DNA from: an uncultured delta proteobacterium
GTDB lineage: Bacteria; Desulfobacterota; Binatia; UBA9968
Length of the DNA stretch: 64,000 bases
Reading direction: 5' to 3'
NCBI GenBank assembly: GCA_963737905.1
Contig: CAVTUQ010000013.1
Coordinates: forward strand, 53,349-117,348
Notes under the pieces: generated by a model
Databases searched by the model: none
The model's input: the letters and a program-made list of their open reading frames with translations, nothing else
Told to the model about the DNA's origin: nothing
Program-made: the position numbers and the translations under genes
Part shown: positions 19,949 through 28,268 of the stretch, piece after piece
Numbering within the stretch: position 1 is the stretch's first letter
Layout of the letters: each line of letters starts with the position of its first letter

Positions 19949-21199
19949 ATGGTAGACTACGATACTGCGTTTCGGCCCTACCTGGCGAAACGCATCGAGC
20001 AGATTGAATCGGCGGAAATCGTCATTGGCATTCCCTGTTACAACAACGAATCTACGATCGTCAACGTGCTTAAACAAGTCAGCCGTGGGTTGGCCAAGCA
20101 TTACAAGTCCGCACGCTCGGTGATTTTGATTTCCGACGGAGGTTCTACGGACGACACCCGGGAAATTGTCCGGGTAGAAGAGATCATGCCATGGCAAGAA
20201 AAAGTGGTCTTCATTTATCGCGGCATCGCCGGTAAGGGCACTGCGCTGCGTGCTATTTTCGAAGCCGCGGACAAACTCAACGTAAAAGCCTGCGCGGTGG
20301 TGGACGCGGATCTGAGGAGCATTACACCCGACTGGATAGGCTACCTCTTGCAACCGGTGTTGGAGAAGGATTATGACTACGTCGCTCCCATCTATTCGCG
20401 CTACAAATGGGACGGCACGATTACGAATAATGTCGCTTACAACCTAACCCGCTCACTCTACGGCAAGCGAATACGCCAGCCGATCGGCGGTGACTTTGGG
20501 CTTTCGATAGACACCATTCGGGCGTATCTCACCCATAACGTTTGGATGACGGATGTCGCCCGCTTTGGCATCGATATCTGGATGACGACGCAAGCCATCG
20601 CCAGCGGCTGCCGGGTGTGCCAAGCCAATCTTGGCGTGAAGGTTCATGACCCGAAAGATCCCGGCGTGGCTCTGGGTCCAATGTTCCGTCAGGTGGTCTG
20701 GACGCTTTTGACCCTCATGGAACAGCAGGCTCACGTGTGGAAGCAAGTTCATGGCAGCGAATCCATCGAGACCTTCGGTTCGACGGAATTTCCCGAGCCT
20801 GAAGCGATCAAGGTCGATCAGGAGTTGTTGATCCAGAACTTCAAGCTGGCCTTCCAGCACTTCGGCGCTCTGTGGAAGGATCTGCTTAGCCCGTCCTGTT
20901 ATGCCACGGTGCAAAAGCTGGTGGCTTCCGAGCGAAGGAACTTTGTCCTCGACGCTGTCTCTTGGGCGCACATTCTTTACGAAATTGCTGCTACCTTTCA
21001 TCACTGGTCCAAGGACCGCGCCAAGCTGGTCGATCTCACGAGCCCGCTCTACGAGGCGCGCGTCGCGTCGTTTATCAATGAGACCGCAGACATGACCACG
21101 GCGGAGTCCGAGCAGGTCGTCGAACGGCTGGCGGAGGTTTTTGAGCAAGAGAAACCCTACCTGCTGAAACGCTGGGAGGCCGGCGAGGGCGAGACCTAA
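19949..21199 (+). CDS. GT-A glycosyltransferase, single-step glucosylglycerate/mannosylglycerate synthase (Ggs/Mgs)-like
   Basis: GIPCYNNE, SDGGSTDDT, GKGTAL, VDADLRSITP, RYKWDGTITN, RQPIGGDFG, FGIDIWMT; adjacent to gpgS. Confidence 0.75.
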   Translation: MVDYDTAFRPYLAKRIEQIESAEIVIGIPCYNNESTIVNVLKQVSRGLAKHYKSARSVILISDGGSTDDTREIVRVEEIMPWQEKVVFIYRGIAGKGTALRAIFEAADKLNVKACAVVDADLRSITPDWIGYLLQPVLEKDYDYVAPIYSRYKWDGTITNNVAYNLTRSLYGKRIRQPIGGDFGLSIDTIRAYLTHNVWMTDVARFGIDIWMTTQAIASGCRVCQANLGVKVHDPKDPGVALGPMFRQVVWTLLTLMEQQAHVWKQVHGSESIETFGSTEFPEPEAIKVDQELLIQNFKLAFQHFGALWKDLLSPSCYATVQKLVASERRNFVLDAVSWAHILYEIAATFHHWSKDRAKLVDLTSPLYEARVASFINETADMTTAESEQVVERLAEVFEQEKPYLLKRWEAGEGET

Positions 21200-21268
21200 A
21201 GCCAAGGACTCTTGCAAAAGCTTTTCGGCGGTTGATATCGGTAAAACTGATCCGGAGCGCTCTCTTTC

Positions 21269-23119
21269 ATGCAATGCTCGAAAATTCTTCTTCCGCTCGT
21301 CCACCCTTCGGAGGCCGGCGACCACTTGGAGTTGGCAGCACGGCTCTTGCATCCGAAGGGGAAACTCGTTGCCCTGAAAGTCGTTCGCGTGCCCGAAGAG
21401 AGTTCTCTGAGCGAAGGCGCCGGAGCAGCCGTCGACTCGCGGGCAGCCCTGGATGAAGTCCACGCGATACTCCCGGACCCGCGGTTCGAGCTCAAGACCT
21501 TAGTGCGGGTTTCCCATCGCCTTTCCGAAGGCCTCATTGAAACCGCCGCTCTGGAAAGTGCCGACTTGCTGCTGTTACCGTGGAAAGGCAGCGCGAGCTC
21601 CGAAGCGGTTCTGTTCGGTCGCACCATCGACCGCCTCATTGAGACCCCTCCATGCAACTTGCTGGTCGCCCGAGTGGGCGGCCTTTCAAAGTGCAAAAAA
21701 ATTCTCCTGGCGGTGCGCGGCGGCCCCTACGCGGAATTTGCTCTGCAGATCGCGGATCAACTCGCGTTTTCCTTTTCCGGTGAAATCACGGTGCTGCATT
21801 CTGAGCAACGTTTTGTGTCGCCCGAACTTGGCGAAGAGCTTTACGGGAGCTTTATCCGCAGATTGCGCTTTCAACCGAGAGTGAGACGGCTCGTGACGGT
21901 GCAGGGCCCTCCGCATGAAGTCATACTGCAGGAAGCGCAAAGACATGATCTCGTAATCATCGGCGCGGGCGCAGGGGCAGAACCGCACTCGTTTGTTCTC
22001 GGTCCGGTCGTCGAACAAATCGCCCGCTCCACCGACAAGCCGCTGCTGGTCGTTAAGACGCCGGAGCCGTTCGCGGCCTGGGGCCAAAACCTCCGATGGG
22101 TTCAACCGAAGGCATTGTCCGAGCGGGTCGACCAGTGGTTTGCCGAGAATACGTTTCACCGTCAGGAATTCGAAGATCTGGCAAAGCTCGTCGAGTTAAA
22201 GCAAAAACAAAATCTCACTATCAGCCTCGGTCTCCCCGCCCTCAACGAAGCGGAAACCGTCGGCAAAATTATCCAAACTATCAAGCACAAACTCTTCGAC
22301 GAAATCCCGCTGCTGGATGAAATCGTGCTGATCGATTCAGGCTCGACGGACGACACGGTCAAAATCGCGGAGGATATCGGCATTCCGATCTACGTGCACC
22401 AGGACATCCTACCCGAACACGGCGGGTTTCGCGGCAAAGGCGAGGCCTTGTGGAAAAGTCTTTTCGTCCTCAAGGGCGATATCATCGCCTGGGTCGACAC
22501 CGACATCCATAATTTCTATCCTGGATTCGTCTACGGCCTGTTGGGTCCATTGTTGCGCGAGCCGGAGATTCAGTACGTCAAAGGTTTCTATCGCCGTCCA
22601 ATCAAGATGGAGGGAGAGCTGGTCTCCGAAGGCGGTGGCCGGGTGACCGAGTTGACGATCCGGCCACTGTTCAATCTTTTCTATCCGGAGCTGTCGGGCA
22701 TGATTCAACCGCTGGCCGGCGAATACGCCGGCCGGCGAACCGCGCTGGAGCGCGTACCTTTTTTTACCGGTTATGGCGTGGAGACGGGGTTGCTCATCGA
22801 TCTGTTCAACGAAATCGGCCTGAGCGCGATTGCGCAGGTGGATCTCGAAGAACGCATTCATCGCAATCAATCGCTCGCATCCCTCAGTCAAATGGCCTTC
22901 GCCATTCTCCAGGTGGTGATGCAGCGGCTGCAGGAAAAAAACCGGATTCAAATCATGGACGAAGTCAATCGTTCGATGAAGCTCATCAAGCCCCAACAAA
23001 AAAGCTACGCACTGGAGCTCAAGCCGATCCAGGATCGGGAGCGTCCGCCGATGATGACCATCCCAGAGTATCGAGCCCAACAAGCCGCACGCCGCGGTGG
23101 GAAATGCACTGCCGATTGA
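21269..23119 (+). CDS. gpgS: Glucosyl-3-phosphoglycerate synthase with N-terminal tandem USP domains
   Basis: N-term USP motifs (ADLLLLPW, LFGRTID, DLVIIGA, VLGPVVEQIA); C-term LPALNE, DSGSTD, GKGEALW, GGRVTEL, QPLAGEYAGRR, GYGVE.GLLID. Confidence 0.85.
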   Translation: MQCSKILLPLVHPSEAGDHLELAARLLHPKGKLVALKVVRVPEESSLSEGAGAAVDSRAALDEVHAILPDPRFELKTLVRVSHRLSEGLIETAALESADLLLLPWKGSASSEAVLFGRTIDRLIETPPCNLLVARVGGLSKCKKILLAVRGGPYAEFALQIADQLAFSFSGEITVLHSEQRFVSPELGEELYGSFIRRLRFQPRVRRLVTVQGPPHEVILQEAQRHDLVIIGAGAGAEPHSFVLGPVVEQIARSTDKPLLVVKTPEPFAAWGQNLRWVQPKALSERVDQWFAENTFHRQEFEDLAKLVELKQKQNLTISLGLPALNEAETVGKIIQTIKHKLFDEIPLLDEIVLIDSGSTDDTVKIAEDIGIPIYVHQDILPEHGGFRGKGEALWKSLFVLKGDIIAWVDTDIHNFYPGFVYGLLGPLLREPEIQYVKGFYRRPIKMEGELVSEGGGRVTELTIRPLFNLFYPELSGMIQPLAGEYAGRRTALERVPFFTGYGVETGLLIDLFNEIGLSAIAQVDLEERIHRNQSLASLSQMAFAILQVVMQRLQEKNRIQIMDEVNRSMKLIKPQQKSYALELKPIQDRERPPMMTIPEYRAQQAARRGGKCTAD

Positions 23120-23940
23120 AAACCAGCCAGCTCATCGTCATCACCGATCTTGACGGTACCCTGCTCGACCAAAGGACCTACAGCTATGAGCTCAGTTTAC
23201 CGGCCCTGCGCCGGCTTCAGGCTGGCCGGATTCCAATTGTCTTGTGCTCGACCAAGACAAGCGCCGAAATGCTGCCGCTCTGGCGCGAGCTCGGGCTCAA
23301 AGATCCGTTCATATGCGAAAGCGGCGGTGCGATCTATTTCCCGCGCGATTATTTGAAAACCTGGGTGAGCGACCTCAAAACCGCGGGGACTTTCGAAGTG
23401 CTCGAATTGGGCACCGACGTCCTGCGTTTACGCGTCGCGCTGGGGGCTGCGGCGGCCGAGTGCCGGGTTAGGTTGCGGTCTTTCGGTCAGATGAATGTCG
23501 ACGAGATTGCTGCCCTCACAGGACTTCGGCCGGACGAAGCCTTTCGCGCCGCGAAGCGCCAATACGACGAACCGTTTCTGGTGCAGTCCGGTGACGTTGA
23601 GAAATTGTCAGCCGTCCTGCGAGCGCGAGGACTGACCGTCACGCGCGGCGACCGCTTCTACCACCTGACTGGCAGCCATAGCAAGCGCGATGCGGTGGTT
23701 AAACTGCTTCATCATCACCGCCGCCAATATGGCACCACCGTTGCGGTCGGTCTGGGGAATTCAGCCAACGATTGGCCCATGTTGTCCGCAGTGGAGCGGC
23801 CCCTCTTAGTCAAAAACCCCGACGGAGGCTGGGACCCGACCGTCCTGGAACGCCTGCCCAATATCGAACGCACCGAAGGGGTGGGGCCTCAGGGCTGGAA
23901 AGAAATCATCGACAGGATCTTGGACGAAGCCGCGCCCTAG
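23116..23940 (+). CDS. Mannosyl/glucosyl-3-phosphoglycerate phosphatase (HAD IIB, YedP/MpgP family)
   Basis: TDLDGTLLD, C(S)TKT.AE, PFICESGG, RQYDEPF, GLGNSAND; TTG start overlaps the gpgS stop. Confidence 0.85.
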   Translation: MKTSQLIVITDLDGTLLDQRTYSYELSLPALRRLQAGRIPIVLCSTKTSAEMLPLWRELGLKDPFICESGGAIYFPRDYLKTWVSDLKTAGTFEVLELGTDVLRLRVALGAAAAECRVRLRSFGQMNVDEIAALTGLRPDEAFRAAKRQYDEPFLVQSGDVEKLSAVLRARGLTVTRGDRFYHLTGSHSKRDAVVKLLHHHRRQYGTTVAVGLGNSANDWPMLSAVERPLLVKNPDGGWDPTVLERLPNIERTEGVGPQGWKEIIDRILDEAAP

Positions 23941-24013
23941 CCCGGCATGGTCCGAGGAAAAACCGCGACACAGTGTCGATATAGGGGATAAGCCTCCGTT
24001 GAGTTTGGGCAAA

Positions 24014-24069
24014 ACGTTCAAGCTGTTCAAAACGTTTGTAACGATTTGAACTATTTGAACGGATGGAAC
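24014..24069. repeat. GTTCAA/TTGAAC 9-bp-periodic inverted repeat
   Basis: gttcaa-gct-gttcaa-aacgtt ... aacgat-ttgaac-tat-ttgaac-gga-tggaac. Confidence 0.6.
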
Positions 24070-24159
24070 TCTGATGAGCATAGGCTATATTGCCTTCGAT
24101 CCGGAGAGTTCGTCCCTTGATTGCTGTTTGCCAGCGAATAGGCCTAGGCTAGGAGCGCT

Positions 24160-25434
24160 TTGCCGATGAAAATAGTATTCGCGGTTTTGGTCTTATTGTG
24201 GCTCGCAACCCAGCCCGCGGCGCCGGCCGAACTCCGCTTTGTCACCTGGCAGCCGAGCACGGCTTGGGTGTGGGACCAAGCCATCGCCGATTTCGAAGCG
24301 AGCCATCCCGGCCTCAAAGTCGTTCGCGAAGTCGGCCCGCATTCGTCAACCGAATTTCACGACCTCGTCACCCAGAAGCTGCGGAACCGCGACACGCAAA
24401 TGGACGTGTTTTTTATGGACGTCATCTGGCCTGCCGAATTTGCGGCCGCGGGCTGGGCGCTGCCGCTGGATGCATTTTTCCCGGCCGCGGAGCGAAAATT
24501 ATTTTTAGAAGCCCCGATCCAGGCCGACAGCTACGATGGGCGGATATACGGGGTGCCGGTGTTTGTCGACGCCGGCATGCTCTATTACCGCAAAGATCTC
24601 CTTGAAAAATACGACTTACGGCCACCCCGCACTTGGCCCGAGCTGGTCCGCCAAGCCAGGCTGGTTCTGGCTCGGGAGCGCGATCCCTACTTGACCGGTT
24701 ACTCGGCGCAGTTCAAGCAATACGAAGGACTGGTGTGCAACATGATGGAATTTATCATGAGCAACGGCGCCACCTTGTGGAACGAACAGACGCTCCAAAG
24801 CACGCTCAACGATGCCAGGGCAAAAGAGGCGGTGCGCTTCGTGCGCGACCAGATTATCGGCGCTATCTCACATCGCGGCGTGCTCGCCTATCAAGAACCC
24901 GAATCGCTGGCGCTGTTCACCCAGGGAAAGGCGATCTTCCATCGCAATTGGCCCTACGCGTGGGAATTAGCCAACGATCCGCAGCGCTCAAAAGTTACCG
25001 GAAAAGTCGGCCTCCTGCCGTTGCCGGCTTTCCCGGGCCAAAAGAGCGTCGCCGCCTTGGGCGGATGGCAACTCGGCATCAGCCGCTTCTCACGCAATCC
25101 CCAATTAGCTTGGCAATTTGTCGAGTACATGACCAGTAGCGAGATACAGAAGCGCATTGCGCTCTACACGGGACGGGGACCGGCACGCAAAGCGCTGTAC
25201 CGGGATCCGGAAATTCTAAAGAAAAACCCTCAGTTCGAGTCGCAGTATGAGACGTTCGTTCTGGCCGCTCCCCGGCCGCGGACGCCGGTGTACCTGCCGC
25301 TTTCAAACATCATGCAGCGCTATTTCAGCTCGGCCATCGCCATCGCCGACTCGGACATCGACCGGCTCGCCCGTTCGGCGTCGCGCGACATGGATCGCGT
25401 CTTGGACTTGCTGCGCGGGCGGAGGCAGCCGTGA
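24160..25434 (+). CDS. Sugar ABC transporter substrate-binding protein (trehalose/maltose-like)
   Basis: MDVIWPAEFA, LYYRKDLLEKY, QYEGLVCN, FHRNWPY, LGGWQLGI. Confidence 0.9.
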   Translation: MPMKIVFAVLVLLWLATQPAAPAELRFVTWQPSTAWVWDQAIADFEASHPGLKVVREVGPHSSTEFHDLVTQKLRNRDTQMDVFFMDVIWPAEFAAAGWALPLDAFFPAAERKLFLEAPIQADSYDGRIYGVPVFVDAGMLYYRKDLLEKYDLRPPRTWPELVRQARLVLARERDPYLTGYSAQFKQYEGLVCNMMEFIMSNGATLWNEQTLQSTLNDARAKEAVRFVRDQIIGAISHRGVLAYQEPESLALFTQGKAIFHRNWPYAWELANDPQRSKVTGKVGLLPLPAFPGQKSVAALGGWQLGISRFSRNPQLAWQFVEYMTSSEIQKRIALYTGRGPARKALYRDPEILKKNPQFESQYETFVLAAPRPRTPVYLPLSNIMQRYFSSAIAIADSDIDRLARSASRDMDRVLDLLRGRRQP

Positions 25435-26321
25435 TAAAGTCTCAAGACCCGGTCTGGCGCTTTCTGTTGCCGAGTTTTGTCTTTGTCGGTCTCTTCTCTC
25501 TCTATCCGATTCTGGATTCCTTTCACCTGAGTCTCTACCGGATGATTTTGACCTTGCCCTGGCTTGGGCAAAAGTTCGTCGGCTGGGAAAACTACCGCGA
25601 TCTCGCCACCGATCCGGTGGCGCTCGGCTCGCTCGCCACATCGATGATTTTTGTCGCCGTCACGACTCCCATCGAAGTGCTGTTCGGCCTCGCGATGGCC
25701 CTGGTCCTAAACGAATCTTTTCGCGGCCGGGGCTGGCTCCGCGCCATCGTCCTCGTGCCCTGGGCCGTCCCGACGGTGGTCTCCTCCCAGATGTGGCGCT
25801 TCATCTTCAACGACCGCTACGGGCTTTTCAATTACCTTCTGTTCGGCGACGCCACCCATCGGTACTGGGCGCCGCTGGCGGAACCGGGTCTAGCATTGAT
25901 GTCGATCATGGTGGCAGACATTTGGAAGACCAGTTCCTTTGCCGCGTTGATTATTTTGGCCGGGCTGCAGGTGATTCCGCGGGAGCTTTACGAAGCGGCC
26001 AGCATCGACGGTGCCACCGCCTGGCAAAAGTTTCGCCATATTACCCTGCCGCTGGTCAAGCCCGCTTTACTCTTGGCGCTGCTGTTTCGCACCATCGACG
26101 CTCTCAAGGTTTTTGATCTGGTCTTCGTCATGACCCAGGGAGGCCCGGCGGACACAACCAATGTCTTGCAATTTTACGGCTACAAAAAGAGTTTCGCCGA
26201 AGGGATGCTCGGCTACGGCTCGGCCATCGCGGTCGTGGTGTTCTTACTTTCCCTGGTATTGTCGATTCTTTACATTCGTTTGCTTGGGACTCGCTTGCTC
26301 GGCAAGGAAGGCCGGATATGA
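25431..26321 (+). CDS. Sugar ABC transporter permease (MalF/UgpA-like)
   Basis: FVGWENY, PWAVP.VV, AGLQ.IP.ELYEAA.IDGA. Confidence 0.9.
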   Translation: MIKSQDPVWRFLLPSFVFVGLFSLYPILDSFHLSLYRMILTLPWLGQKFVGWENYRDLATDPVALGSLATSMIFVAVTTPIEVLFGLAMALVLNESFRGRGWLRAIVLVPWAVPTVVSSQMWRFIFNDRYGLFNYLLFGDATHRYWAPLAEPGLALMSIMVADIWKTSSFAALIILAGLQVIPRELYEAASIDGATAWQKFRHITLPLVKPALLLALLFRTIDALKVFDLVFVMTQGGPADTTNVLQFYGYKKSFAEGMLGYGSAIAVVVFLLSLVLSILYIRLLGTRLLGKEGRI

Positions 26322-27133
26322 GAAAGATCGCTTTGGCCGGCTGCGTCGTCGCCATCGCCGCGTTGAGCCTGGTGCCGTTTTTGTGGTTTGTTTTAACGTC
26401 TGTGAAAAACGCCACTGAGATCAGCGCCATACCGCCGGTCATCCTCCCGAAAAGTTTTCACTGGGACAACTACCGCTCGGCCATCGACCAATACGGGTTG
26501 CTCCACTACATCGCCAACAGCGCCATCGTCGCGTCGGCGACGACATTGATCAGCGTTGTGATCGCGGCATTGGCGGCTTTTGCGCTGGCCCGTTTCAAGG
26601 TACCCTGGGGGCGCTTCTATTTGATGTTGCTCCTGGCGCTTTCGATGTTTCCGCAGATCGCCATCGCCGGTCCGGTGTGGCGGCTTCTGAGCTGGCTCGG
26701 CTGGCTCAACAGTTATCACGGCATCGTTGCCGCTTATATATCGCTCTCCCTGCCCTTCGCCGTCTGGATCCTGACAACGTTTTTCCAGCAACTACCGTAC
26801 GATATCGAAGAAGCGGCGCTGATCGATGGCTGCACGCGCTGGCAAGCCCTTCGCCTCGTGGTGTTGCCTCTCGCCGCACCGGGCCTTTTCACCGCGGCGA
26901 TTCTTATCTTCATCCATGCCTGGAACGAGTTTTTTTTCGCTCTGATCATTCTGACATACCCGGCGCGGCAAACGCTTCCAGTGGGGATCGCGCTTTTCCC
27001 CGGTGAATACACCATGCCCTGGGGCGAGATTGCGGCGGCGTCCACGATTGCGACCCTGCCGCTGGTCGCTTTGACCCTCCTTTTTCAACGACGCATCGTC
27101 CAGGGCCTATCGGCGGGAGCGGTAAAAGGCTGA
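26318..27133 (+). CDS. Sugar ABC transporter permease (MalG/UgpE-like)
   Basis: LPYDIEEAALIDGC, WNEFFFAL, QRRIVQGLSAGAVKG. Confidence 0.9.
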   Translation: MRKIALAGCVVAIAALSLVPFLWFVLTSVKNATEISAIPPVILPKSFHWDNYRSAIDQYGLLHYIANSAIVASATTLISVVIAALAAFALARFKVPWGRFYLMLLLALSMFPQIAIAGPVWRLLSWLGWLNSYHGIVAAYISLSLPFAVWILTTFFQQLPYDIEEAALIDGCTRWQALRLVVLPLAAPGLFTAAILIFIHAWNEFFFALIILTYPARQTLPVGIALFPGEYTMPWGEIAAASTIATLPLVALTLLFQRRIVQGLSAGAVKG

Positions 27134-27167
27134 GTCTTGACTTGGCGCGAGGATACTGGAGGAAACC

Positions 27168-28268
27168 ATTGCTTCTCTAACCATCAACACACTTTCCAAA
27201 ACCTTCGGCGATAGGCAGATCTTGAATGAGATTTCTTTTCAAGTCGCCGACGGTGAGTTTTGTGTTCTGCTCGGACCTTCCGGATGCGGCAAGACGACCC
27301 TCCTGCGCATTGTCGCCGGATTGGAAAGCGCCTCCAGTGGCGGCATCGATATCGGGAGCCAACGCGTCGACTCCCAGCCGCCACGCGACCGCAATGTGGC
27401 TTTCGTATTTCAAAACTATGCCCTCTATCCTCACATGACGGTAGCCGAAAACCTTGGATTTTCTCTTCGCCTGCACGGGATGGCGAAAAATGAAATTCAG
27501 GCGCGGGTCAGCGAAGTGGCCAGGCTCCTGGAGATCCAGGAGCAACTGCAACACAAGCCTCAACAACTGAGCGGCGGCCAAAGGCAACGAGTAGCGCTCG
27601 GACGGGCGATTGTGCGGCGCCCGCAGCTTTTTCTTTTCGACGAGCCGCTCTCCAATCTCGATGCCACGTTAAGAGCCAATATGCGCGTCGAGCTGGCCAA
27701 GCTGCACGAGCGTTTGGGCGCCACGATGCTTTATGTCACTCATGACCAGGCCGAAGCCCTGACCCTGGGCGAAAAGATCGTCGTTCTTCATCGCGGCGCG
27801 CTCCAGCAAATCGGCACTCCCGCCGATATCTATCACCGGCCGAGCAACCCCTTTGTTGCCGCTTTCGTTGGCCATCCGCAAATGAATCTGTTCGAGGGCC
27901 AGCTGGACGAAAGTGGCACGTCCCTGAAAATAGGAAAAATTAGCCTCGATTTGTCGAACATGCGTTTGAATAATCGCTCCGCTTATAGCGGCGCACGGGT
28001 CACCCTCGGTATCCGCCCGGAAGATTTCCATCTCTCTAGCGCAACGGATCAGTGGATTTCCGGCAGCGCCGAGTTTGTCGAAGACTTGGGTTCGGACTGC
28101 TTCGTTCATCTATCTTGTGGGGATCTGGAGCTGGTTGCGCGTTTGCCTGCGCAGCACCCAATCAAGCGCGGCGATCGGTTAACCTTGAAAATCGATCCCC
28201 AGCGCGCGCATCTTTTTCATGAAGGGCGGCGGGTCGAAGGCGTGAGCAAGGCCAGCGGGAAACTCTGA
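27168..28268 (+). CDS. Sugar ABC transporter ATP-binding protein (MalK/UgpC-like); apparent ATT start
   Basis: GPSGCGKT, FQNYALYPHM, LSGGQRQR, DEPLSNLDA; open frame extends to ATT 27168 after GGAGG. Confidence 0.9.
   Translation: MASLTINTLSKTFGDRQILNEISFQVADGEFCVLLGPSGCGKTTLLRIVAGLESASSGGIDIGSQRVDSQPPRDRNVAFVFQNYALYPHMTVAENLGFSLRLHGMAKNEIQARVSEVARLLEIQEQLQHKPQQLSGGQRQRVALGRAIVRRPQLFLFDEPLSNLDATLRANMRVELAKLHERLGATMLYVTHDQAEALTLGEKIVVLHRGALQQIGTPADIYHRPSNPFVAAFVGHPQMNLFEGQLDESGTSLKIGKISLDLSNMRLNNRSAYSGARVTLGIRPEDFHLSSATDQWISGSAEFVEDLGSDCFVHLSCGDLELVARLPAQHPIKRGDRLTLKIDPQRAHLFHEGRRVEGVSKASGKL

Noticed and set aside
20453-21463. Long antisense ORFs (also 5295..6134, 41371..42279, 43530..44519)
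   Set aside because: Shadows of well-supported genes on the opposite strand, with no recognisable motifs.
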